From assembly GCA_963770525.1 (NCBI GenBank), contig CAVYPY010000003.1, positions 445,129-509,128 of the forward strand: DNA of 64,000 bases. The letters are read 5' to 3'. The number at the start of each line of letters is the position of its first letter. Within the stretch, counting starts at the first letter, position 1. Position numbers and translations under genes: made by a program. Under the pieces are notes generated by a model. The model was not told the DNA's origin and made no database searches. It saw only the letters and a list, made by a program, of their open reading frames with translations. Positions 28,746 to 37,585 of this stretch are shown piece after piece. This DNA comes from an uncultured Acidobacteriaceae bacterium. Lineage in GTDB: Bacteria; Acidobacteriota; Terriglobia; Terriglobales; Acidobacteriaceae.

Positions 28746-29528
28746 TCACAGCGCCCGCGCCTCGTTCTTCAGATACTCCACCAGTTCCTTTGCCACCTGC
28801 GCCGCCGGACCCTCGATCTTCCGCGTCTGCTTCTGGCTGCCCGGGACGTAGAGCTTCTCGATCTTCTGCACATGCGGCGACAGCTTGCCTTCCACGTCTG
28901 CCCACATCACCTTGCGCATCGGCTTCATCTTCGCCTGCTTGATGCCGATCAGCGTCGCGTACCGCAGCTTGTTGATCCCGCTCTGGATCGTCAGCACCGC
29001 CGGCATGGCCATCTCAATATTCTGATAATGCCCCGCCTCCAGCTCCCGCTTCAGCTTCAGCCCCGTTTCGGTCTTCTCGATACCGATAATGATCGTCGCG
29101 TGGGGAATCCCCAGGATCTCCGCCAGCAGCACGCCTGTCTGCGCCGCGCCAAAATCGTCCGACTGCAGCCCAGTCACGATCAGGTCGAACCCCTCGCCCC
29201 CATTTTCGGATGCGATCGCCGCCGCTATCGCCCTGGCCGTGTTCGCCGCGTCCATCTGCGCAAAGCGGTCGTCTTCCAGATGAATCGCCCGGTCGGCGCC
29301 CTTGGCCAACGCCTCGCGCAACACCTGCTGCGACCGCGCCGGGCCGGCCGTGATCACCGCCACCTCGCCGCCGTGCTTCTCCTTCTGCCGCAGCGCCTCT
29401 TCCAGCGCATACGCATCGGGCTCGTTCGTCTCCCATGAGACATCGTCGCGGATCCACGTCCCCGACTCGTTCAGCCGCAGTGGCGCATCCTTCTGCGGCA
29501 CCTGCTTGATGCAAACCAGAATCTTCAT
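28746..29528 (-). CDS. etfB: Electron transfer flavoprotein beta subunit
   Basis: Motifs: MKILVCIKQVPQKD ... VITAGP ... LIVTGLQSDD. Confidence 0.9.
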   Translation of the reverse strand: MKILVCIKQVPQKDAPLRLNESGTWIRDDVSWETNEPDAYALEEALRQKEKHGGEVAVITAGPARSQQVLREALAKGADRAIHLEDDRFAQMDAANTARAIAAAIASENGGEGFDLIVTGLQSDDFGAAQTGVLLAEILGIPHATIIIGIEKTETGLKLKRELEAGHYQNIEMAMPAVLTIQSGINKLRYATLIGIKQAKMKPMRKVMWADVEGKLSPHVQKIEKLYVPGSQKQTRKIEGPAAQVAKELVEYLKNEARAL

Positions 29529-29567
29529 AGCAACCGGCAAGTATAAATGCTCCGCATGACGGTTGCC

Positions 29568-29598
29568 GCGAAGCGGCGTACGCCTGGACGGCCAGTCC
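29568..29598. repeat. Dispersed intergenic element copy (contains CGCCTGGACGGCCAGTCC)
   Basis: The 18-mer at 29581-29598 is identical to 22362-22379. A degenerate copy, CGTCTGGACAGCCAGTC, lies at 30654-30670. Confidence 0.7.
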
Positions 29599-29607
29599 TT
29601 CGGACGG

Positions 29608-30465
29608 CTAGTTCTGCGGCGGGACCGTAAGCTTCTTCCTCGTCGCCTGCGTGTCAGCGGCCGGAGTGGTTCCCGCGCTGGCCGCCTCCTCCATCGAAGT
29701 CAGCTCCGACTTCCGGTACACCGGCGCACTCACATAGCCGTGAACGTGATCCTTCGTGATGGTGTTGATCACCACCTCAATCGGCTGCTCGCTGTCCGAC
29801 TCGTAGTACATCACCGGCTGATCCAGATTCACGTGCTTCTGCACCAGGTCACGGTCGTCCACCATCAGCTGCAGGTCGACATACTGATGTTTCACATTCG
29901 CCTTCCGCAGGCTCACGCCCACCGGCCCCTCGTGCGCGAACTGCTTCGACTTCTCCAGATCGAATTCAAAGTAGCTCCGCTGTCCGCGCCTCTCCAGCAC
30001 CACCAGCTCGTCGTGCGTATGCGCGATCGATCCGCCCAGCTCGGTTTTCGCGCTGGCCAGATCCCCGCGCGCCTCCTCGATCTCTTTGCCCTGCGCATCC
30101 AGCTGCGCCTGCATCTTTTTCCAGCGCGCCTCGACCGGCCGCCCGGCGTGCGGTTTCCCGATCCGGCGCACAATCGGATGTTGCGCCTCCTGGGCCGCCT
30201 GCTGCTGTGCAGCCTGTTGTGCCGCCTGCTGTTCCGCGGCACGCGTCGTCAGCTCGCTCACCTTCGTCGTCAGGTCATTCAGCTGGCTGCGGGTCCGCGC
30301 CAGTTGCGTGTTGACCTGCTGATTCTCTGCCGCCAGCTTCTGCGCGGCATGGTGCTCGTGCATCGCATAGCTAAATCCGGCAATGCCTACCGCCAGCGCC
30401 GCCACAGCCACAGCCACCCGCCGCACCAGCGGCGTCGAACCTTCAATCGAGGAGTCGTCCATCAT
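29608..30465 (-). CDS. Hypothetical membrane-anchored coiled-coil protein
   Basis: ATG at 30465 preceded by GGAGG. One N-terminal TM helix (VAVAVAALAVGIAGF). Q/A-rich coiled coil (AAEQQAAQQAAQQQAAQEAQ). Conserved-looking C-terminal beta-rich domain. Confidence 0.55.
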   Translation of the reverse strand: MMDDSSIEGSTPLVRRVAVAVAALAVGIAGFSYAMHEHHAAQKLAAENQQVNTQLARTRSQLNDLTTKVSELTTRAAEQQAAQQAAQQQAAQEAQHPIVRRIGKPHAGRPVEARWKKMQAQLDAQGKEIEEARGDLASAKTELGGSIAHTHDELVVLERRGQRSYFEFDLEKSKQFAHEGPVGVSLRKANVKHQYVDLQLMVDDRDLVQKHVNLDQPVMYYESDSEQPIEVVINTITKDHVHGYVSAPVYRKSELTSMEEAASAGTTPAADTQATRKKLTVPPQN

Positions 30466-30730
30466 CTGTATGCCTCCGGACACACGAAGACTGTGCCCCT
30501 GTCGCAAGCACGCAGGTTTCCATCTTTCCCAATGAGCAAGTGTCTGATTTTCCATTGGTTCCAGTCGTCATGGCACTGCCGTAACCGGCAGAAAAATACA
30601 CGTCTTTTGGAAATTCTTGCCCGTCGGCAGAAGCTCCGGCGCCCAAGCGCGTCCGTCTGGACAGCCAGTCGCCGGCGGCGACGAGCCCCATCCTATATTC
30701 TGAAGAAGACCCCAATTTATTGAGAGCTGC

Positions 30731-32338
30731 ATGATCTCCGTTAGCAACGTCACCATGCGCTACGGCGCCAAAGTTCTGTTCGAAGAAGTCTCCACCACCT
30801 TCACGCCCGGCCGGCGCTATGGCCTTACCGGCCCCAACGGCGCCGGCAAATCCACCTTCATGAAGATCCTCTCCGGCGATCTCGACCCGCAAAAGGGCGC
30901 CGTCGTCCGCCCCAGGAAGCTTTCCGTCCTCAGCCAGGACCAGTACGCCTTTGACGCCTTCCGCGTCATCGACACGGTCGTTATGGGCAACAAAGGCCTG
31001 TGGGCTGCCCTCGCCGAGCGCGACAAAATCTACGAAAAGTCCGACCTCACGGATGACGACGGCATGCGCCTGGCGGAGCTGGAAGGAGTGGTTGGCGAAG
31101 AAGACGGCTACACCGCCGAATCCGACGCCGCCATCCTCCTCCAGGGCCTCGATATCGCCGACGAGCTCCACGAGCGCAAAATGTCCGAGCTCCAGGGCGG
31201 CCAGAAGGTCCGCGTCCTCCTCGCTCAGGCTCTCTTCGGTAAGCCCCAGGCACTGCTCCTCGACGAGCCCACCAACTACCTCGATCTCGACTCCATCCAC
31301 TGGCTCCAGGATTTCCTCGGCCGTTTCGAAGGCACCCTGATCACCATCTCCCACGACCGCCACTTCCTCAACTCGGTCTGCACCCACATCGCCGACATCG
31401 ATTACCAGACGATCATCACTTACACCGGCGGCTACGACGACATGGTGCTCGCCAAGACGCAGATCCGTTCGCGTCTCGAATCCGAAAACGCCCAGCGCGA
31501 GAAAAAGATCGCTCAACTGAACGAATTCATCGCCCGCTTCTCCGCCGGCACCCGCTCCTCGCAGGTCACCAGCCGCAAAAAGGAAGTGGAACGGTTACAA
31601 ACCACTGACCTCGCCCGCTCCAACATCGCCCGTCCCTACATTCGCTTCGACCAAAACCGTCCTTCCGGCAAATACGTGCTCGAGATCGAAGGTCTCCGCA
31701 AGACCTACGGCGACCTCACCGTCATCGATGGCTTCTCGACCGGCATCAGGCGTGGCGAAAAAATCGGCCTCATGGGCCGCAACGCCCAGGGCAAGACCAC
31801 CATGCTTAAATCCCTGCTCGCGAATCAAAAGGACCTCGCCGAAAAAGACTTCATCCTCGACGCGGGCAACGTGAAGTGGGGACACGAAGTCCAGATCGGA
31901 TACTTCCCTCAGGACAATACCGGCGTCATCGAGCCTGGCGTGACCATCGTCGACTGGCTCCGCCAGTTCGACGCCAAGGCCACCACCGAAGACATCCGAG
32001 GCATCCTCGGCCAGATGCTCTTCCGCGGCGAAGAAGGCCTCAAACCCACCGCTGCGCTCTCCGGAGGCGAAGCCGCGCGTCTGCTCTTCTGCAAGCTCAT
32101 GCTGCAGAAGCCCAACCTGCTCATCCTCGACGAGCCGACGAACCACCTCGACCTCGAAGCCATCAACGCCCTGAACATCGCACTCCAGAAATACGAGGGC
32201 ACCGTCCTGCTCGTCACTCACGACCACGACCTCATCGACGAAGTGGCCACCCGCATCTGGCACTTTGACAAGGGTGTCATCGAGGACTTCAAGGGCCCGT
32301 ACGAGGAATACCAGCAGGCCGCTGCCGCCGCCCGCTAA
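30731..32338 (+). CDS. ABC-F family ATPase (two ABC domains, no transmembrane domain; YbiT-like)
   Basis: Two Walker A motifs (GPNGAGKST, GRNAQGKTT). Two signature motifs (LQGGQK, LSGGEA). Confidence 0.9.
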   Translation: MISVSNVTMRYGAKVLFEEVSTTFTPGRRYGLTGPNGAGKSTFMKILSGDLDPQKGAVVRPRKLSVLSQDQYAFDAFRVIDTVVMGNKGLWAALAERDKIYEKSDLTDDDGMRLAELEGVVGEEDGYTAESDAAILLQGLDIADELHERKMSELQGGQKVRVLLAQALFGKPQALLLDEPTNYLDLDSIHWLQDFLGRFEGTLITISHDRHFLNSVCTHIADIDYQTIITYTGGYDDMVLAKTQIRSRLESENAQREKKIAQLNEFIARFSAGTRSSQVTSRKKEVERLQTTDLARSNIARPYIRFDQNRPSGKYVLEIEGLRKTYGDLTVIDGFSTGIRRGEKIGLMGRNAQGKTTMLKSLLANQKDLAEKDFILDAGNVKWGHEVQIGYFPQDNTGVIEPGVTIVDWLRQFDAKATTEDIRGILGQMLFRGEEGLKPTAALSGGEAARLLFCKLMLQKPNLLILDEPTNHLDLEAINALNIALQKYEGTVLLVTHDHDLIDEVATRIWHFDKGVIEDFKGPYEEYQQAAAAAR

Positions 32339-32386
32339 TCCCTGGTCCCAGCCGTCCGCCATCCGGGGCCACCTCCAGGCCCCGGC

Positions 32387-33667
32387 ATGACGGATTCTTC
32401 ATGCGCGCCGCGAGCCAACCTTGCATCTAAGGCTCCGGAGTCGTACGTGCACGCCCGTCACCTGTCGATATTCGCCCTGGCCCTCCTTCTCGCGATACCC
32501 CTCGCCTGCGGCAGCCACAGCACCAGCAGCAACACCCCCACGGCGCCATCGCCCACGCCGCCCGCTCCGCCTACTCCCCCCGCCTCGCCCACCATAACGT
32601 CTGTCTCCGTCACCTGCAGTCCGTCCACCCTCGACGTCAGCACGACCGCCCAATGCAACGCCACCGTCAGCGGAACCGGCAGCTTTAGTTCCACCGTCAC
32701 GTGGTCCGCCAGCACCGGCACCATCGACAGCAACGGACTCTTCACAGCTCCGGCGTCTGCCACCACCGCCACCGTCACCGCCACCAGCACCCAGGACACG
32801 ACAAAGTCCGGCAACGCCTCCGTCACCGTCCAGGCGATAACCCCGCCTCCCGTCCTGACGCCCCGCAGCAATCACGTGGTCCTGGTGATGGAAGAGAATC
32901 AGAGTTACTCCACCGTCGTCGGCAGCAGCGCCTGGCCCAATCTCAACCACCTCATCGCCACCGGTGCGCTGCCGACAAACTACTACGCCGACACTCACCC
33001 CTCCATCGGCAATTACTTCATGCTCACTACCGGCCAGATCCTGACCAACGACGACAACTCCACCACCGTCTATTCCGTCGACAACATCGCCCGACGCATG
33101 CTCTCCTCCAGCGTCTCCTTCCGCGTCTACGCTGAGGGCATCACCCGCGGCTACCTCGGCGGCAATACAGGCCTCTACCTCATCCGCCACAACCCCTTCG
33201 CCATGCTCTCCGACGTCGCCGACAGTACGACCGTCGCTAACGATGTCCTCTGGCCGTTTACGCAGTTCGCCACCGACCTCACCGCAAACGCCCAGCCCGC
33301 CTTCTCGTACATCGTTCCCGACGTCAATGACGACGCTCACAACGGTACTCCGCAGGAAGCCGACACCTGGCTCCAGACCAACGTCGTCGCTCCCTTGTCC
33401 CAAACCGCGGCTTTCCAGCCAGGCGGCGACGGCGTCCTCATCGTCGACTTCGACGAAGCCGCCACCACCGACACCACCCACGGTGGTGGCCACGTCGCCC
33501 CCGTGCTCTGGGGACCCGGCGTCCGCTCCGGCTACGAGCAAACCTCCTCCACCGTCTATCAGCACGAAAGCATGCTGGCCACCATGATGGAGTTGCTCAA
33601 GCTCCCCAACCCTCCCGGGAACGCCGCTAACGCCCCCCTTATGAATGAGTTCTTCGTCCAGCAATAG
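32387..33667 (+). CDS. Secreted Big_2-domain protein with phosphoesterase (AcpA/PLC-family) domain
   Basis: Lipoprotein-like signal (LAIPLACGS). Ig-like region VTCSPSTLDV...VTATSTQD. Phosphoesterase region NHVVLVMEENQSYS...HPSIGNYFMLTTGQ. Confidence 0.7.
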   Translation: MTDSSCAPRANLASKAPESYVHARHLSIFALALLLAIPLACGSHSTSSNTPTAPSPTPPAPPTPPASPTITSVSVTCSPSTLDVSTTAQCNATVSGTGSFSSTVTWSASTGTIDSNGLFTAPASATTATVTATSTQDTTKSGNASVTVQAITPPPVLTPRSNHVVLVMEENQSYSTVVGSSAWPNLNHLIATGALPTNYYADTHPSIGNYFMLTTGQILTNDDNSTTVYSVDNIARRMLSSSVSFRVYAEGITRGYLGGNTGLYLIRHNPFAMLSDVADSTTVANDVLWPFTQFATDLTANAQPAFSYIVPDVNDDAHNGTPQEADTWLQTNVVAPLSQTAAFQPGGDGVLIVDFDEAATTDTTHGGGHVAPVLWGPGVRSGYEQTSSTVYQHESMLATMMELLKLPNPPGNAANAPLMNEFFVQQ

Positions 33668-33815
33668 GGCCTTCCCGCCCGCCGTCCCGCCTCTTTCCTC
33701 CCTCCGCACTGGTTAACCAGAAAGTAACTCCAGGCATCCGACTCCATTAGCGCGCTGGATTTCGTTCGCCGGGCCCCGGCGCCCGGAACCTCAATTTCTC
33801 AAGGAGTCCCCACAC

Positions 33816-34415
33816 ATGAAACGCATTGCCATGATCCTGGCTCTGGGCACGCTGGTTGCACTGCCAGCGGCCTTGTTCGCCCAGAGCGATCACGGAGAAG
33901 TCGGTGCTTACGCGGATTATCTCCGCCTCAATCCAGGAAATACCGCGACCAATTACGTCGGTGTCGGCGGCCGTGTCGCCTTCAATATCCGTCCCACCTT
34001 TGCCATGGAGGCGGAGATGAACTATGACTTCGCCCGCAACTACACCACCACCTACACCACCGGCGCTGGCGCCGGGGCCACCACTTCTTTTGTCACTTCC
34101 AGCGTGCGCCCTCTCACTGGCCTCTTCGGCCCCAAACTTGAAACCCCGGGCCCCTTCAAGGCGTTTGTCACCGGTAAGGTCGGGTTCGTCGATTTCAGCG
34201 TCAATAACAGCGGCAATGTCACCACCACGAGCGCCACCAATGCGGTCGCGGGTGTCGGCGGCTCCGGGACTCACCTCGCGGTTTATCCCGGCGGCGGCAT
34301 CGAAGGTTTTGTGGGACCCATCGGCCTGCGTGCAGAGGTCGGCGACGAAATCTATCTCGACAACGGCACTTACAACAATCTCCGTGTCACCTTCGGCCCG
34401 ACGCTCCGCTTCTAA
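33816..34415 (+). CDS. Outer-membrane beta-barrel protein (OMP_b-brl family)
   Basis: Signal peptide MKRIAMILALGTLVALPAALFAQ. Alternating beta-strand pattern. C-terminal ...TLRF. Confidence 0.7.
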   Translation: MKRIAMILALGTLVALPAALFAQSDHGEVGAYADYLRLNPGNTATNYVGVGGRVAFNIRPTFAMEAEMNYDFARNYTTTYTTGAGAGATTSFVTSSVRPLTGLFGPKLETPGPFKAFVTGKVGFVDFSVNNSGNVTTTSATNAVAGVGGSGTHLAVYPGGGIEGFVGPIGLRAEVGDEIYLDNGTYNNLRVTFGPTLRF

Positions 34416-34459
34416 GTCCCGGCGCTGCGCTCGCACCTCACCTTACTCTTGCCTTAACC

Positions 34460-34490
34460 GACGCTCCCCTCACGGGGAGCGTCTTCTCCT
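34460..34490 (+). terminator. Rho-independent terminator after the OMP gene
   Basis: Hairpin GACGCTCCCC-TCAC-GGGGAGCGTC followed by TTCTCCT. Confidence 0.7.
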
Positions 34491-34687
34491 GCGCCTTATC
34501 TTGTCGGTCTCGCCAGGAAGTGACTGGATGGAAATTCCAGTCAGCCCCAAATACCTCTGTGCTCTCTGCGTCTCTTGTGGTGGACCCCTCTTCATCAGGT
34601 GACCCCCCCTTGCAGTGCGCACCCGCCACTAAAACGCTTCATCTTGACTCCATCCTGCGCCCCCGCGTAGCATGACGCTCGTTCGAG

Positions 34688-36961
34688 GTGCTTATGTTTC
34701 TGCTCGCTTCCTGTTTGCGCCGCACCTTGTCGTGCGCCGCCGCTGTCCTCTTCGTAGCCCTGTTTAGCTTCGCGCCTTCTGCCTCTGCTCAGAGCCAGCC
34801 GCCCGATCGACCCTGGATGAACAAATCGCTCTCACCCGATGAGCGCGCCGATCTCCTCATCAAACAAATGACCCTCGACGAAAAAATGAACTTCGTCCAC
34901 GGCACCGGCTGGAACGGCCTCCGCGAAAAAGCTGAAATCCCCAAAGGCTCCCTCGGCAACGCCGGCTACATGGAAGGCGTTCCCCGCCTCGGCATTCCCG
35001 GCGTCAATATGGCCGACTCCGCGGTTGGCGTCCGTCTCGCCGCTCAGGGCTCGCACTACGCCACTCTGCTGCCCTCCGTCCTCGGCGCCGCCAGCAGCTG
35101 GGATAAGCAGGCCCTCTTCCTCTTCGGCGACGTCATCGGCCGTGAGCTGCGCGAATCCGGCTACAACATGTCCATCGGGGGCGGCGTCGACATTGCCCGC
35201 GACCCGCGCAATGGCCGCAACTTCGAATACGCCGGAGAAGACCCGATCCTCGCCGGCACCATGGTTGGCGAACTCGCCCGCGGCGTCCAGTCCAACCAGG
35301 TCATGGGCGACATCAAGCACTACGCCTTCAACGATCAGGAAACCGGCCGCACCATCGTCAACGCCGAAATCAGCCAGCGCGCGGCTCGCGAAAGCGATCT
35401 CCTCGCCTTTCAGATCGCCATCAGCCTCGCCCATCCCGCCGGCGTCATGTGCTCCTATAACAAGGACACGATCACGCCTCCCGGCGGCACCGACTGGTCC
35501 TGCGAAAACGACTACCTCCTCAACCAGGTCCTCAAAAAGGACTGGGACTTCAAAGGCTTCGTCCTCTCCGACTGGGGTGGAACCCACTCCACCGTTCACG
35601 CCGCGCTCGCCGGCCTCGATCAGGAGGAGCCCGGCAGTCAGTACTTTGGCGATGCTCTCAAGCAGGCCGTCCAGAACGGCCAGGTCCCCATGTCTCGCCT
35701 CGATGACATGGTGCACCGCATCCTCCGCGAGATGTTCGCCAACGGCGTCATCGATAATCCCCCCGTCGGCGAGGTCGTCAATCCCTTCCGCGGCCGCGAA
35801 GACGCCGAGCACATCGCCGACGAAAGCATCGTCCTCCTCAAAAACGACGACATCCTCCCCCTCAAAGCCGACGACGTGAAGTCCATCGCCATCATCGGCT
35901 CTCACGCCGATGTCGGGGTGCCCTCCGGCGGCGGCTCCGCCCAGGTCGATGCACCCGGCGGCAACGCCGTCAATCCGCATCCCGGCCCCTCCTACTGGGG
36001 TGAGGTCGTCTACTTCCCGTCTTCTCCGCTGCGGCAAATCCGCAAGCACGCTCCCAACGCGCAGGTTGAATTCAACGAAGGCACGGACACCGCCGCTGCC
36101 GCGCAGCTTGCCGCGCAATCCCAGATCGCCATCGTCTTCGTCAATCAGCCCATGCGCGAAGGCATGGATGCCGCCACCATTGAGCTCCCCAACAACCAGG
36201 ACGCGCTCGTTGAGGCCGTCGCCGCCGCCAACCCCCGCACCATCGTCGTCGTTGAATCCGGTGGGCCCGTCGCTATGCCCTGGGTCGACAAAGTGCAGGG
36301 CATCCTCGAAGCCTGGTATCCCGGCATCGGTGGCGCCCAGTCCCTCGCCAACATCCTCTTCGGCGAAGTCGATCCCTCCGCTCGCCTCGCCATCACCTTC
36401 CCGAAGAGCGACGATCAGCTCCCGCATCCCGAAGTCCCGGGCATGAACCTCCTTAAGCCCGTCAGCGGCGGCATGCCTGAGGCGCACCATCACCACATGG
36501 GCGAGCTGCCGCCCTTCGACGCCGACTACAACGTCGAAGGTGTCCGTGTCGGTTACAAATGGTTTGAGTCAAAAGACCTCAAGCCGCTCTTCCCCTTCGG
36601 CTTCGGCCTCTCCTACACCTCGTACTCGTTCTCCGGCCTCCATGTGGATGCCGGTACGCACACCGTCACCCTCACCGTCCGCAACACCGGCCAGCGCGCC
36701 GGAGCCGAAGTCGCCCAGGTCTATGCTGTCCTGCCTGCGTCCACCGGCGAGTCCAGCTTCAAGCGCCTCATCGGCTGGGATCGCGTCCAGCTCGCCCCCG
36801 GCGACTCCAAAACCGTCACCGTCACCATCGATCCGCTCTATCTGTCCATCTTCAATGTGGAGAAGAACAGCTTCGAGCTCACTCCCGGCGACTACAGGAT
36901 CTTCGCCGGCTCCTCGTCCGCCGATCTGCCTCTCAGCAAGACGGTGCACTTCTCCGAATAG
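34688..36961 (+). CDS. bglX: Glycoside hydrolase family 3 beta-glucosidase
   Basis: 757 aa with a signal peptide. The GFVLSDWGG catalytic-nucleophile region and an FnIII-like C-terminus are present. Confidence 0.9.
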   Translation: MLMFLLASCLRRTLSCAAAVLFVALFSFAPSASAQSQPPDRPWMNKSLSPDERADLLIKQMTLDEKMNFVHGTGWNGLREKAEIPKGSLGNAGYMEGVPRLGIPGVNMADSAVGVRLAAQGSHYATLLPSVLGAASSWDKQALFLFGDVIGRELRESGYNMSIGGGVDIARDPRNGRNFEYAGEDPILAGTMVGELARGVQSNQVMGDIKHYAFNDQETGRTIVNAEISQRAARESDLLAFQIAISLAHPAGVMCSYNKDTITPPGGTDWSCENDYLLNQVLKKDWDFKGFVLSDWGGTHSTVHAALAGLDQEEPGSQYFGDALKQAVQNGQVPMSRLDDMVHRILREMFANGVIDNPPVGEVVNPFRGREDAEHIADESIVLLKNDDILPLKADDVKSIAIIGSHADVGVPSGGGSAQVDAPGGNAVNPHPGPSYWGEVVYFPSSPLRQIRKHAPNAQVEFNEGTDTAAAAQLAAQSQIAIVFVNQPMREGMDAATIELPNNQDALVEAVAAANPRTIVVVESGGPVAMPWVDKVQGILEAWYPGIGGAQSLANILFGEVDPSARLAITFPKSDDQLPHPEVPGMNLLKPVSGGMPEAHHHHMGELPPFDADYNVEGVRVGYKWFESKDLKPLFPFGFGLSYTSYSFSGLHVDAGTHTVTLTVRNTGQRAGAEVAQVYAVLPASTGESSFKRLIGWDRVQLAPGDSKTVTVTIDPLYLSIFNVEKNSFELTPGDYRIFAGSSSADLPLSKTVHFSE

Positions 36962-36975
36962 CGGGTTTGTGTCAA

Positions 36976-37018
36976 ACAAAAAGGCTCCGCATCGGTCAGA
37001 TGCGGAGCCTTCTTCTTT
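36976..37018. terminator. Bidirectional terminator between convergent bglX and the bactofilin gene
   Basis: Hairpin AAGGCTCCGCATC-GGTCA-GATGCGGAGCCTT, flanked by an A-run upstream and CTTCTTT downstream. Confidence 0.75.
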
Positions 37019-37030
37019 ACACTCGATCGG

Positions 37031-37444
37031 TTACTGCGCTCCAGCGACCGGACTCGGCGTGCTGGCTGGCACATGCGCCGCTGCCTTGCCGCCTTCAGCG
37101 GTCGAACCCGTCCCGTCCAGCTCGACTTTTCCCGAGTAGACTGCGTTGTCTTCCACCGACAGCCGCGCCGCACGGATATCCCCGGTAACGTGGCTGCCGG
37201 CCCGCAGTTCCACGCGTCCTGTCGCCTGCACATCGCCTTGCAGCGTGCCCAACACGATCACATCGCGTCCCACGACATTTGCCTGCACGCGCGCGTGCGG
37301 ACCCACCGTCAGGCGATTCCCGCTCAGCGTGATCGTGCCTTCCACCAAACCTTCCACCACCAGATCCTCGTTCCCCTTCACTTCCCCGCGGATCTGTACC
37401 GACTTCCCGATCACCGCCGTGGCTTCACCTGCCGCCATGCCCAT
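37031..37444 (-). CDS. Bactofilin (polymer-forming cytoskeletal protein)
   Basis: IGKSVQIRGEVKGNEDLVVEGLVEGTITL...RVELRAGSHVTGDI is a repetitive beta-helix signature. Confidence 0.9.
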   Translation of the reverse strand: MGMAAGEATAVIGKSVQIRGEVKGNEDLVVEGLVEGTITLSGNRLTVGPHARVQANVVGRDVIVLGTLQGDVQATGRVELRAGSHVTGDIRAARLSVEDNAVYSGKVELDGTGSTAEGGKAAAHVPASTPSPVAGAQ

Positions 37445-37585
37445 TCCTCTCTTCTCTCATTGACGTTTGCATCTTTGCTCGAACTATACGCAAGGCCCCG
37501 CGCCCCCGCAACCCAATTGGCGTGAATCCGCAACCGTTCGTGCCCGGCACCCGATCGCGATGCGATCTGCGCCATAATCGAGTCA

